Source: Candidatus Latescibacterota bacterium
Lineage (GTDB): Bacteria; Latescibacterota; UBA2968; GCA-2709665
Assembly (NCBI GenBank): GCA_963662665.2
Contig: CAXXJS010000032.1
Location: 33,670 to 97,669 of the forward strand
Length of the DNA: 64,000 bases
Reading direction: 5' to 3'
Positions within the stretch are counted from its first letter, which is position 1. Each line of letters begins with the position of its first letter. Positions 20,241-29,830 of this stretch are shown piece by piece. The position numbers and the translations under genes are program-made. Below the pieces are notes generated by a model. It was not told the origin of the DNA. It made no database searches and worked only from the letters and a program-made list of their open reading frames with translations.

Positions 20241-22067
20241 TCACGAACTTGCCTGCGGGGCCACCTGTACGGTAACGACGTCCATCCCGTGGTACTTCTG
20301 GTGCCGGACCGAAGATGCATAGTGACGCAGCATGCGAAAAGACAACTCGCTCACGTCCGGGGTTTCCGCCTGTTCGTCGAGATACGCGAGGCGGTCTTCC
20401 AGATTTTCCTCGTCGAAAATCGCCACGAATTCCAGATTCACAGCCCCTCCGTCCGGACGCGCGACCACGATTAGGCGCGGCGCTTCCCCTGCCTTATATT
20501 CTTCCCCCGGCTCCATCAGGCTCGCAAGCGTCTCCTCACCCGCGGAACGCAGGCGACCGGTCGCCGCAGCGTCCCAACCCATCCTGGCCGCAACTTCCTG
20601 AAGAAAAATGTCGATTCGTGGAAGGTCGGAAAAATCCAGCCGCACCTCCAGGCGTCGACGCCGGGGACTGGTCAGCTCCAGAAATGCGGTCAACAGAATC
20701 GCTGTAACCGTGCCTACGGTGATGCCGTTACCGAGCAACATACCCCAGGGATCCCCCAGAAGGTCCTGAAGAACGTTCTGATTCTGCATTCCCAGACCCA
20801 GGGCGAACGCGAGTCCAACGACGATGGCCTTCTGTGCGTCGAGACCGGCCCTGGAAAGGGTCTGGATCCCCTCCACAAAGAGCATGCCAATGGCCACCAG
20901 GAGGAATCCCCCCATAACTGGGCTGGGAATGGCTAACAACGCGCTTGTTACCTTGGGAAAAAACGCCAGCACGATGAGAATGCCGCCCATCGCGTATCCT
21001 GCCCTTCGTGCTGAGACTCCTGTAAGGTTGATGAGCGAGACGGTGAGCGATGAATATCCGGTCGTGGGGGGCGTCCCGGAGAGGCCCGAAAACAGAAGAC
21101 CCAACGCATTGGCGTTGATTGAGCCCTGGATCAGCCGGAAATCCGTTGCCCTCGGGCGTCGTCGGGACACCCGCTGAACGACCATGCCGTCGCCGATGCC
21201 CTTTATCGCCTGTATTAGAGTCACAATCAGAAACATCGGCAGCAACGCCCAGAATCCAGCGGTCGGCGCCAGAACCAGCCCAGGCAGTTCCGTATCCGGG
21301 ACGCCGAACCAGGATGCGTCACTCAATCGCTCGAAATCGTATAGCCCGAACGGCGCCGCGGCAACACAGCCCGCGCCGATTCCGGCGAGAAGCGACCACG
21401 GCCGCCATTTTCCCGGGGCGCGCAACACCAGAATCGCGGCGACAACCAGCGTCACCGCCGCAACGCATGGACCCGCAGCCGCAGATGCCCCCTCCGGTAC
21501 ATCCTTGAGGCGATCGAACGATATCGGAATGATCATCGCCGCGATTAGCATAAGCACGGTACCGGAGACTACGGGCGTTATGAGACGGCGCAGACGCGGC
21601 AGCCAGGCAGCCAGCGCCAGGTAGAAGACCCCCGAAAGGACGATGAGGCTGGACAATGCGGCGGGACCGCCCTCGTCCAGCGCGATGACAGAGACGGCGA
21701 TGTAGTTGGGAGTGACGCCCGTTATTAGCATATGGCCGCCGCCCAGCCGTCCGATCCTGGCCGCCTGGAGTACAGTGACCGCGCCAACGATGATCAGCGC
21801 GGCGAAAACCGTCCATGCCAGAAACCGTTCGTCCTGGCCGCCCGCCAGGACGGTGATGGCCACAATCAAAACCGCCGGCGCCAGTACGATCATGATGCCC
21901 TGAATTCCAACACTGACGGCCAGCAACAGCGGACACGGCTCATTCGGTTCGTAGCGGATTGGGTCGTTTGATCGGGTTGATGTCAGATGGCGCCTCCGAT
22001 TCGGGCTTCGCTGACTTAACGAAATAGCGAAACAGGTTTCAGAAATCGACGGGCATGCGGCAGGCAT
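20241..22067 (-). CDS. NCS2 (xanthine/uracil permease-like) transporter fused to a C-terminal anti-sigma/HATPase-like domain (true start probably near 21986)
   Basis: Many TM helices, IRYEPNE..P, TG.S.R, FPKV.A.L.AIPSPVMGG; soluble tail LRSAGEETLASL...SFRMLRHYASSVRHQKYHG. Confidence 0.8.
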   Translation of the reverse strand: MPAACPSISETCFAISLSQRSPNRRRHLTSTRSNDPIRYEPNEPCPLLLAVSVGIQGIMIVLAPAVLIVAITVLAGGQDERFLAWTVFAALIIVGAVTVLQAARIGRLGGGHMLITGVTPNYIAVSVIALDEGGPAALSSLIVLSGVFYLALAAWLPRLRRLITPVVSGTVLMLIAAMIIPISFDRLKDVPEGASAAAGPCVAAVTLVVAAILVLRAPGKWRPWSLLAGIGAGCVAAAPFGLYDFERLSDASWFGVPDTELPGLVLAPTAGFWALLPMFLIVTLIQAIKGIGDGMVVQRVSRRRPRATDFRLIQGSINANALGLLFSGLSGTPPTTGYSSLTVSLINLTGVSARRAGYAMGGILIVLAFFPKVTSALLAIPSPVMGGFLLVAIGMLFVEGIQTLSRAGLDAQKAIVVGLAFALGLGMQNQNVLQDLLGDPWGMLLGNGITVGTVTAILLTAFLELTSPRRRRLEVRLDFSDLPRIDIFLQEVAARMGWDAAATGRLRSAGEETLASLMEPGEEYKAGEAPRLIVVARPDGGAVNLEFVAIFDEENLEDRLAYLDEQAETPDVSELSFRMLRHYASSVRHQKYHGMDVVTVQVAPQASS

Positions 22068-22368
22068 ATCCTGGAGTGGAAACGCCTTACGTGGAATTGA
22101 GTAAATTCACGATCCGGGTTCCCGGCTGTCTGAAATGCAAAAGCCTTTCTGGAATTCCTTACGGATCGTCCGCCGCTCATGCGCTTACGTTCCGGACCCG
22201 AATCGGAATTCTAAAAAGGCTGGTTCGAATTCTACGGCCGCCTGTACCGAACCCGTTAAATCAACCTCCCTGGCGTTTCCGCATTGCCATTGTGCCGGTA
22301 GCGGTTTTATCAAGGCTCTCTGGTCCCTTCCGAAACATCCGGCAGGACCGGAACAATCTGTATTGCCG

Positions 22369-22641
22369 CTAGTCGACGACCTCACCGAGCACGTCCTCGG
22401 CCAGGCTGAACAGATCTGCCAGATACTGCTTGCGCAGCAGGCTTAGTTCGGTAACTCTCTTCCACAGAATCTCCTCAATCCTGGCGACTGCTTCCTCGCG
22501 CACCCCGGATGAGAGGGTGCTGTCATTCCTGAATTCGTATTTATCAATTGTGAATTCAGCGATGTCCGAGATGTTATCACCGATGACTTGCATATCGATC
22601 GCGCTCTTCATCGACCCGATTTTTTCTTCATCACTGTTCAT
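22369..22641 (-). CDS. Hypothetical acidic 90-aa protein
   Basis: Clean ORF with GGAG RBS, natural-looking helical composition, no motif recognised. Confidence 0.6.
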   Translation of the reverse strand: MNSDEEKIGSMKSAIDMQVIGDNISDIAEFTIDKYEFRNDSTLSSGVREEAVARIEEILWKRVTELSLLRKQYLADLFSLAEDVLGEVVD

Positions 22642-22710
22642 CTCGTTACTCCGGTTCTTTTGGGTAGATCTTCTGTTTCACGAATGAATGAAATTCCTCC
22701 AGGATTCAAC

Positions 22711-23007
22711 TTAGTTAACATCGAACGCTTTAGTTGCCTCTGCCTGTGACGGGAAAATGTCTATAATCTGATCGAAACCGCTAATGGCGACAACGTCACG
22801 GACCGGATCCGTGAGTGTGCAAACGCCGAATTGCTTTCCAGGTTCCTTGAATTTCCAGGCGATGATCACACCAACGCGAAGCCCCGCGCTGCTGATGAAA
22901 GTTACCTGCTCGAAATCCAGAATCAAAACACTGTCTTCCGGGCCGATTCCAAACTCCAGAGTATCTTGAAGAACATCGGCATTGTTGCCGTCGATACGAC
23001 CCGCAAG
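22711..23007 (-). pseudogene. STAS-domain anti-sigma factor antagonist, N-terminally truncated
   Basis: LAGRIDGNNA...LILDFEQVTFISSAGLRV...VVAISGFDQII; upstream the frame runs into a repeat end and a TGA with no start codon. Confidence 0.8.
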
Positions 23008-23045
23008 TGCCGGACGTAGCCCGGATGGACTTTTTCAACGGGCTG
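22997..23045. repeat. Isolated right end of the MITE-like element also found at 32910 and 56735
   Basis: GCCCGGATGGACTTTTTCAACGGGCTG is identical to 33095-33121. Confidence 0.85.
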
Positions 23046-23198
23046 TTAAGCCAATGACTCAAAGACAGGCTTTGGCAACGAAGGCTTCTCATTAAAAATC
23101 TAAGGGAAATATCTCCAATAGCAACCCCGCGACGTATGATTTCCCTTGCAACGCCGCGGGGTAGGCTGAACGCGAAGTGTCTCAAGCCCCGGCTCTAT

Positions 23199-23933
23199 TT
23201 AATTCCGCCCGTCCGCGTGTGCCGGTGGCGCACGGTTGAGTTCATCCCGATGAGATCGCCACGATGGCATGAACCTGTCCATCAACTTCCAGAAACGACC
23301 GTTGTGACGGCGCTCAATCAAGTGGACCATCTCGTGCACGACCACGTACTCGAGACAGGATGCCGGTTTCTTGGCGAGTTCCAGATTCAGCCAGATTCGG
23401 CGGGCAGCCGGATTGCAGGTTCCCCAACGGGTCTTCATCTTTCTGATTCGCGCTTCATTGACCCGTACACCCATTTCGGGCTCCCATTTTGCAATGATCC
23501 CCGGAAGACAATCACGGAGATGGCGTCGGTACCACCGATCCAGTACAGCCTCCCTGATGTTCCTGTCGTCGCCCGGCCGAACGCACATCGCCAGGGTAGA
23601 ATTGTCGAGGAGACGGACCGCAGGTGGACCGTCCCGTTCCGTCACGTCGAGCCGGTAGCGCCTGCCTTCGAAAAAGTGGCTTTCACCTGTCACGAATTCC
23701 CACCGGGATTGCCGTTCCTGTTGCTGGAATTTTGCCTTCTGGCGATGAATCCACCCAAGCCGTGAGATGACAGCCATTCGTACCGCGTCATCGTCAAGAC
23801 GACGCGGTGCGGACACCCTTACCCGTCCATTCGGTGGATAAACCCTTATATAGAGGTTCTTGATGTTCTTGCGCACCACGTCTACGGCAGTTCCACGTAC
23901 TTCAATGCTGTAATTTTCCCGCTCAGTTTTCAC
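23199..23933 (-). CDS. M48/SprT-like zinc metallopeptidase (YgjP/DUF45 family)
   Basis: MKTRWGTC, IWLNLEL, YVVVHEMVHL.E.RH..RF; this family typically follows hsdR. Confidence 0.9.
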   Translation of the reverse strand: MKTERENYSIEVRGTAVDVVRKNIKNLYIRVYPPNGRVRVSAPRRLDDDAVRMAVISRLGWIHRQKAKFQQQERQSRWEFVTGESHFFEGRRYRLDVTERDGPPAVRLLDNSTLAMCVRPGDDRNIREAVLDRWYRRHLRDCLPGIIAKWEPEMGVRVNEARIRKMKTRWGTCNPAARRIWLNLELAKKPASCLEYVVVHEMVHLIERRHNGRFWKLMDRFMPSWRSHRDELNRAPPAHADGRN

Positions 23934-23961
23934 TCTGCACCTTTACAATCTCGACTATCAT
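23923..23961 (-). pseudogene. Possible extreme C-terminal remnant of hsdR
   Basis: MIVEIVKVQSEN* overlaps the GTG start of the M48 gene, resembling the ...EIVKxQxEY* HsdR tail in hsdR-M48 junctions. Confidence 0.4.
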
Positions 23962-24012
23962 TGGCACGCGAGGTCAGCACGGCGATGCCAACAACTTCTC
24001 CCAAGCCATGGT

Positions 24013-24789
24013 TCATCCCGAGATGCTCTCGTTCAGAAAGCGTATTATCCTCTCCTGGTTTGCAGTAAGACTGGAGAACTGCTTCTCGCAGACGTCGCTG
24101 AAGCGGGCCAACACCTTCCGATTGATCGACTCCTGGTCTTCGAAAACGGCAAGTGAACGAAACGGGATCTCCCACCGTTCGAATTGGAGAAGCGCGATTG
24201 TAGCATCGCGAGTTCTGCCGTCGCTAGAGAGTGCATGAACGAACAAGGGCCGGTGCAATCCGTTTACTCGACAATCCACGGTGTACATCCCTTGAGGATC
24301 ATGTTCGGGATCGCTCCAGTCAAATCTCCTGCGCTCTTCCGGAATTGCCTCACTCATCACCGAACGAAAATCATCCATGAAGGTGGACCGTACGCGCTCC
24401 CGCGACAGATACGATACGTCTGATATCTTAAGTAACCCCTGAACGAACGAATACAGTGCATCACCGTAACGTTCCTCTGGCACGTCGAGTACTAACTCTC
24501 CATCGCGGTCCTCGATCTGAAACATGGACAATGCATTGGAGATGATCTTCTGACGCGTGCCGCCATGAAGATCCTTCTCCTCGATATCGTATGTCAGATG
24601 CATGTACGTATGCGCCTCATCGGAAAGCACCCAACGCGCTCCGTCCTTCCTTAGAACGATGCCCAGGTGATCACCGTCGTCGAATTGGAAAGGGGTGAAC
24701 ACGCGGAACCGTTCCATGCCCTCGGCTGCAAGCCGAATCTTCGACGAAACTTTCTCGTGAAAATCTCTCTCTATGGCCTGGACGGACAT
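24013..24789 (-). CDS. DUF1828/DUF1829-like protein
   Basis: [14 protein letters not shown]...[10 protein letters not shown]-terminus; V.STF.DD; YTVDC nuclease-like C-terminus. Confidence 0.75.
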   Translation of the reverse strand: MSVQAIERDFHEKVSSKIRLAAEGMERFRVFTPFQFDDGDHLGIVLRKDGARWVLSDEAHTYMHLTYDIEEKDLHGGTRQKIISNALSMFQIEDRDGELVLDVPEERYGDALYSFVQGLLKISDVSYLSRERVRSTFMDDFRSVMSEAIPEERRRFDWSDPEHDPQGMYTVDCRVNGLHRPLFVHALSSDGRTRDATIALLQFERWEIPFRSLAVFEDQESINRKVLARFSDVCEKQFSSLTANQERIIRFLNESISG

Positions 24790-24792
24790 TGC

Positions 24793-25250
24793 TTATCCCT
24801 CCTCAAATAGATCGCCCTGCGGCTTCGGCGGTTTCTCAAAATTCGCATCGTCTATCAGACAGCGAAGAGCGCCACGAAAGTCTCCGTAACGGTCGGTTGG
24901 CTCGGCGTATGCATCCTCCCTGGTTCCGATTTCCTGATACCTCTCCGTAGCGACGTGAATGTGAAAGTCATAGAATTTCACGTCTTCAATGCGGTTCGAA
25001 TGTTCTTGGCTCTTGCCGTTGTAGCGTCGGAGGCGAAAGGAACTGGCTTGACCCGGGTACTCGAACAGCCAGAATAGCTGAAAAGTCGAGGTGATTGATC
25101 TAATGCTGGCTGAGGATTTGACGGAATACTCCGTCGTCGTCAGCGGCTAAATCAAAGAGTTGTTCGTCGTGGCCACGCTTGAACCTTAGACGAGTCCGGC
25201 TGGCGTCAATCGAGAGGCAGGAGCTTGCGCTCGTACAAAAGGTCTAACTC
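24793..25250 (-). pseudogene. Decayed partner gene upstream of the DUF1828-like gene
   Basis: ERKLLPLD*R [frameshift] ...KRGHDEQ...QH*INHLDFSAILAVRVP [frameshift] FRLRRYNGKSQEHSNRIEDVKFYDFHIHVATERYQ...: two stops and two frameshifts. Confidence 0.7.
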
Positions 25251-25329
25251 GCGCCTAAAATAGTCTGAGCGCCAAATAGCACTAGGCAACAACGAAATCA
25301 GCATTTTAGGTTCCGGCTGTGCGCAATGC

Positions 25330-25995
25330 TCAAGCCGCTCTGAACGCCAAGAATGCGTGATGCAGATCTATTGGCGAAGTGCACGTGTGCGGATGGCTGC
25401 TTGCCCAGACCCACGGCTCGGCAACGAGAACCGACGGTTCGAGATTTTCGTCGTATCGTGACTTGCGATTCAGATGGTCGTTAATGCAGTTCGCCGCCGC
25501 TCTTGCATCCCCATCAATCAGGTATCCGATCATGAATCCCATAGAATGATTGATTGAGTATTGACCGGTTCGGAAGCGGTCGATGCCTTCCACGACATAT
25601 TCTCGGCACAGGTGAGCGTTGTTACCTGCGACGCGCTTACATTCGATGATCGCGTGTGGATCGTGTTCTCTGAATTGTACGAATATTTCGATCCAGTGGA
25701 TCGAAATATCGGTTCGACCGTCTGGCAGCAGTATTTCTGGACGGGACCGTGACTCGGTGCCGGGAAGCACTATCATCGACTTCCACGGCAGCATCCCTGA
25801 GTCCAGCGCACAACGCATACCATCGCGAAGCCGTTCCGTGATTTCTACCTCGCCGGATTCCGTATTGACGTCCGGAGACTGTGACGCAAACGTCCAGCCG
25901 GCCTCGACCGTTCGCAGGACCGCCGCAGCGATATCAGGTCTAAGGTCAATAAACCGTCGGCCAGCCGCAGCCGTAACATCAAGCGGCAACTTCAT
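25330..25995 (-). CDS. Putative PD-(D/E)xK nuclease-fold protein
   Basis: EVEITE, GRTDISI...AIIECKRV, EYVVEGIDRF..GQY; ATGA overlap with the MTase stop. Confidence 0.65.
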   Translation of the reverse strand: MKLPLDVTAAAGRRFIDLRPDIAAAVLRTVEAGWTFASQSPDVNTESGEVEITERLRDGMRCALDSGMLPWKSMIVLPGTESRSRPEILLPDGRTDISIHWIEIFVQFREHDPHAIIECKRVAGNNAHLCREYVVEGIDRFRTGQYSINHSMGFMIGYLIDGDARAAANCINDHLNRKSRYDENLEPSVLVAEPWVWASSHPHTCTSPIDLHHAFLAFRAA

Positions 25996-28937
25996 GAGAC
26001 CGTTCCAGAAAAGCTTTCCACAATGACCGAGTCCGCGTCTTCCAGCGCTGAGACGCCCATCCAGTGTCGACGGGCGGCAGGTTTAATAACCACTACCTCA
26101 TTACTGCCATGCACCCGAAGCTCGCGATGACCAACCATAAAGTTTGTAATTGGGACCTCCAAGCGGTCACCGATCTCTTCCAGAACATCCCTCAGGTGTC
26201 TATCTGGTGTAACGACCTCCGACCGGGAAGGTTCTAGAACATCGGAGCACTCTTCAAGAACGAAGCGAACAACCCGAAGCGGCGCCTGATGAGGAAAATC
26301 GAAAATCTCGGCACGCAAACAGTGTCGATTTGCGGCGGAGAGCCAAGTACCCACTGCCGCCTGAAACGTTCGCGCATAGTTAGAGACATCACTAACTTCA
26401 GCGGCTTTAACTGAAGCGACTCTGCCAGCCCTCCACTGCCAACTGGCACGGAACAGACCGTCACGCGCGACAATGCGATCTGTTTCGTCCAACCCGTACA
26501 GCTCGAATACAGCCTCATCGAGCGTTTGCCATTCGGAGGCAGACGGAGGACCCTTTTGAAATTTCCTGGCAAGCTCCGTCAAGCGTACACCTGATTTGGA
26601 ACAAAGGGCCTCTTCAAGATCAGGAACAGGCATGCATTCGATATCCCGGCACTTGATCCTCTGCATCCACAACCCAAAAGAGGAAGCGGTCATCAGAAAG
26701 AACCAAGATGCCAACGACGAACTCAGAATTGCAGCGAGAAGGTCGGCAGTTTTTTTTTCGCCAACTGGAAGAGATGCTCCGAAGAATGAATCCGTGAAGA
26801 CAATATCTCGATCAGCAACGGCGACGACAGGCCGAGGCCCTCCCCGCAGAAACTCTTTGACGAGCAGCAATGGTGCTCGATAGATATCGCGATCGCGAGG
26901 TGACTCAGCCTGCAACGCATCAAACGGGCCTAAATCGCGCGGCACCAAAAACGGATCAAGATCCTTTGTTGTAAGAAACGGAAGCCCGTGGAGAAAACTC
27001 GGATCGCTGCTTTGATTACCGAACGTCAGCCCTATACGAAGTGTAGTACCAAGTCTAGCGAGTTGGTCGCCTAGTGATTGATGGCTCAATATCAGCCTAT
27101 CCAGCAACGAAAGATCGCGGCGGAATCCGACAAACGCGGCCTTGAGAAATTCCGGTCTTCGCTGCCAGTCGGCCAACTGTATCGTGATGATATCGCTACG
27201 TCCTATCTCGAACGTATGGCTTTTTGCTCCGAGCGGAGACCAAGGGACCTGAACTGCGGTGATCAGGTCCGAGCGCGATTTCCTGTGTCTCGCGAAGAGT
27301 ACGACTGCGGGCATGTTACTATTCGGAAACAGCCAATCAGACTGATTTGACAGATTGACAAGCGTCACAGGAGATAGTTCTTCTATTAGTTGACGCGAGG
27401 CGGCCTTGCCGGTACTGCTCCGGCTGAAAAATTGGACAGCACTTAAAACCAGACCGAATCGGGTGCTTTCCGAAGCAAAATCCAAGCATCGAAATACAAA
27501 GTCCAAACTTTCGCCGCGCGGTGGACGGACACTATAAGCGCTAGTCCTCGCACGGCGTGCGGCAGTACTCGCTTTACCTCGATAGCTCCAAGGTGGATTG
27601 CCAACAATGACATCGAATGTTCTCCGGTCATTCCATCCTTGCTGAAAAACGTGACCGTTACTCATTCTTTCTACACCCCAAACGTCACCGACTATAAGCG
27701 TTTTTCCAATTAATGGCTTGAATTTCAGCGTCTCTGGCGAATTGGGATGTGGGTCCAACTCCAACGCCGCCAGATAAAGACTGAACGCAGCAACACGCAC
27801 TGCAGCTTCACTGATGTCCATACCGTATATTTGTTCGTGCAGCGTGTTACGGATTATCTCACGATCTGGCTGACGGCCGTTTGATCGAAGATTTACCAGC
27901 CTTCGCAAAGCTTCAACAAGGAATACACCCGACCCACAAGTCAGATCAAGCACGGTTTCCTCGCCTGAGAGCCCTTCCATGGTTTCATCTAATACCAGGG
28001 AAACTAGCGACAGGCGGGTATAGAAGACATCCGTTTTCGGTTTGGCGTCAGGGATTGACGGGGTAGAATGGGCGAACTGTTCGTAGATTGAGCTAATCAA
28101 TTCCACCGGTATGAGGTCGAATTGATACGGAAAGAGTGTCGTTTGTCCTGACTGTGGATCCACCGCTTCTAGGAAGTCCGCAACTCTATTGAGATGCTTT
28201 GGGCTCGGTGAAGTTGATCCCTGCAATGGAAACATGTCGCCATTAAATCTATCTTGAAGCCAATCGAACAACCGTTCCGTGGCGTGCGGATCTCGCAGAA
28301 TGGATGGAAAGGACCGGTGTCCGTAATCGCTCGAAAGCGAAAACTCCGTGACGATGTCGCGATCGACCAAATACTGAGTGAATATTGACCGGCCGATCAA
28401 CCCCTGGGCATCTTGACGGCCCAACCTTGCTGCCACGAGATCACGTTCAAGATCTGAAAGGTCGTTGAGAAGTTGTCGATCCACGCTAGTCTTTCGGTTA
28501 ACGGAGGGTGCTTGTTGCCAGAATTGTCCCGTTTCCATAGCTAGACGGCCGGCAAAGCCGTCGAGTTTGTCTAACTCACTAGCAATCAACTTGAATGTAC
28601 GTAGACGATGCGATTTGGCATCCTCTGTCTCAAGGGGACGACCGAAGCCGTTGTATAGATCGATCCTACCGGGTGAAACTACCCATAGCAACGGGGCGAA
28701 ACCCTGGTTCCAGATTTCCTGACGCCACCGTGCCACCTGCCCAGTAGATGGGACTTCCGCTTCCACCTTGAAGTAGACGGACAGGGCCGACTCACTCAGC
28801 CACAAGGCGTCCGGGGAAAACTCTCGAGCCTGACACTTGGTACGGGCATCTTGGTCCAGATAGACACCATGCGCTGGTTCACCATTCCTCAGATAGCCAG
28901 TTGCTTCAAGAACTTCGCCTAAGTATTGGGCGATCAT
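25992..28937 (-). CDS. Large N6-adenine DNA methyltransferase (HsdM/type IIG-like, about 981 aa)
   Basis: FNGDMF, IPVELISSIYEQF, FYT, motif I VLDLTCGSGVFL, IYGMDIS, motif IV IVGNPPW, TRD-like C-terminus; GAGG RBS before ATG 28937. Confidence 0.9.
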   Translation of the reverse strand: MIAQYLGEVLEATGYLRNGEPAHGVYLDQDARTKCQAREFSPDALWLSESALSVYFKVEAEVPSTGQVARWRQEIWNQGFAPLLWVVSPGRIDLYNGFGRPLETEDAKSHRLRTFKLIASELDKLDGFAGRLAMETGQFWQQAPSVNRKTSVDRQLLNDLSDLERDLVAARLGRQDAQGLIGRSIFTQYLVDRDIVTEFSLSSDYGHRSFPSILRDPHATERLFDWLQDRFNGDMFPLQGSTSPSPKHLNRVADFLEAVDPQSGQTTLFPYQFDLIPVELISSIYEQFAHSTPSIPDAKPKTDVFYTRLSLVSLVLDETMEGLSGEETVLDLTCGSGVFLVEALRRLVNLRSNGRQPDREIIRNTLHEQIYGMDISEAAVRVAAFSLYLAALELDPHPNSPETLKFKPLIGKTLIVGDVWGVERMSNGHVFQQGWNDRRTFDVIVGNPPWSYRGKASTAARRARTSAYSVRPPRGESLDFVFRCLDFASESTRFGLVLSAVQFFSRSSTGKAASRQLIEELSPVTLVNLSNQSDWLFPNSNMPAVVLFARHRKSRSDLITAVQVPWSPLGAKSHTFEIGRSDIITIQLADWQRRPEFLKAAFVGFRRDLSLLDRLILSHQSLGDQLARLGTTLRIGLTFGNQSSDPSFLHGLPFLTTKDLDPFLVPRDLGPFDALQAESPRDRDIYRAPLLLVKEFLRGGPRPVVAVADRDIVFTDSFFGASLPVGEKKTADLLAAILSSSLASWFFLMTASSFGLWMQRIKCRDIECMPVPDLEEALCSKSGVRLTELARKFQKGPPSASEWQTLDEAVFELYGLDETDRIVARDGLFRASWQWRAGRVASVKAAEVSDVSNYARTFQAAVGTWLSAANRHCLRAEIFDFPHQAPLRVVRFVLEECSDVLEPSRSEVVTPDRHLRDVLEEIGDRLEVPITNFMVGHRELRVHGSNEVVVIKPAARRHWMGVSALEDADSVIVESFSGTVS

Positions 28938-29180
28938 TACGCATTTCCTCACACTAATGCGAGTCCAATTGTGGCGACCATATAGTCTATATATAGTCAC
29001 ATTTGGCTTGATATTCAACAAGATCGGCGTTTTTGTGCCGTTTTTCGCGAAATTCGACCCTTTGCGCCCCTGTTGATAACGCAAAGAGTGGATCGTATGT
29101 CGCTAAATTAAGGGAAGGACGTATCCCAGATCGGCGGGAGATGAAACTCGGTGAGGTACTCGGGGGTATTTCCAATGGCC

Positions 29181-29357
29181 TCAAATCGTGCGCTGAGGGG
29201 TTATCTGCTGCCCATCTGGGGTCTTGAGACGCTCGGCGATGGCCTGAATATCACTATCCGCCAAGCTACCCGACGCGAGCAGTTTCTCCACCGCTTCCTG
29301 TATCCAATCCTGTTGCTGGTGAAGCCAGCTACGGATGTCCTGCTCTATGTTAGGCGC
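29181..29357 (-). pseudogene. N-terminal fragment resembling RM-associated AAA/SMC-like ATPases
   Basis: PNIEQDIRSWLHQQQDWIQEAVEKLLASGSL... with no start codon and an early stop; overlaps the hsdS remnant stop. Confidence 0.4.
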
Positions 29358-29823
29358 CTTCGATACTTTCTTGCTCGACCAGCCTTACCCGGCCGGTGAG
29401 AAGCTGCTACATCACGCCGTGCTTGACACTTCGTATCTTGTCCGTGCGTCTCTCCAGCGAGACGACCTCGGTGTCAAAGTTAGAAAGAACTGACGAGATC
29501 ACGATTTGTACATCAATTATTTGGAAAGGGAACAGCTATGGATAGGATGGTTCGTAGGTTTAGCCCCTGCGGCCACCATCTCCAGTAGACATACCGCGTA
29601 ACTCTTCGTCACGAGAATCCAAAATTTAGTATAGGTAATTTGGATTGAAGGACTCATTTGGGCAGATTGCTGCAATCGAATTATTCGTGCAAAGCCCGGC
29701 TGCGTTTGTGGTTACAGCCCTTTTGTCTTTCCTTGTCCCACCAAGCCTACCAAGACACATTGCGACGGTGTAATCTTGGTACTCGATTCCCTTAGACCAA
29801 TCGAAAGTAGTCCTCCGCCGCAA
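29350..29823 (-). pseudogene. hsdS: Type I RM specificity subunit remnant
   Basis: TNNSIAAI..NYLY*ILDSRDEELRGMSTGDGG..LNL..VPFP..VLSNFDTEV..LERR..KHGVM*QLLTGRVRL (typical HsdS C-terminus) with stops and frameshifts. Confidence 0.8.
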
Positions 29824-29830
29824 TTCAACA

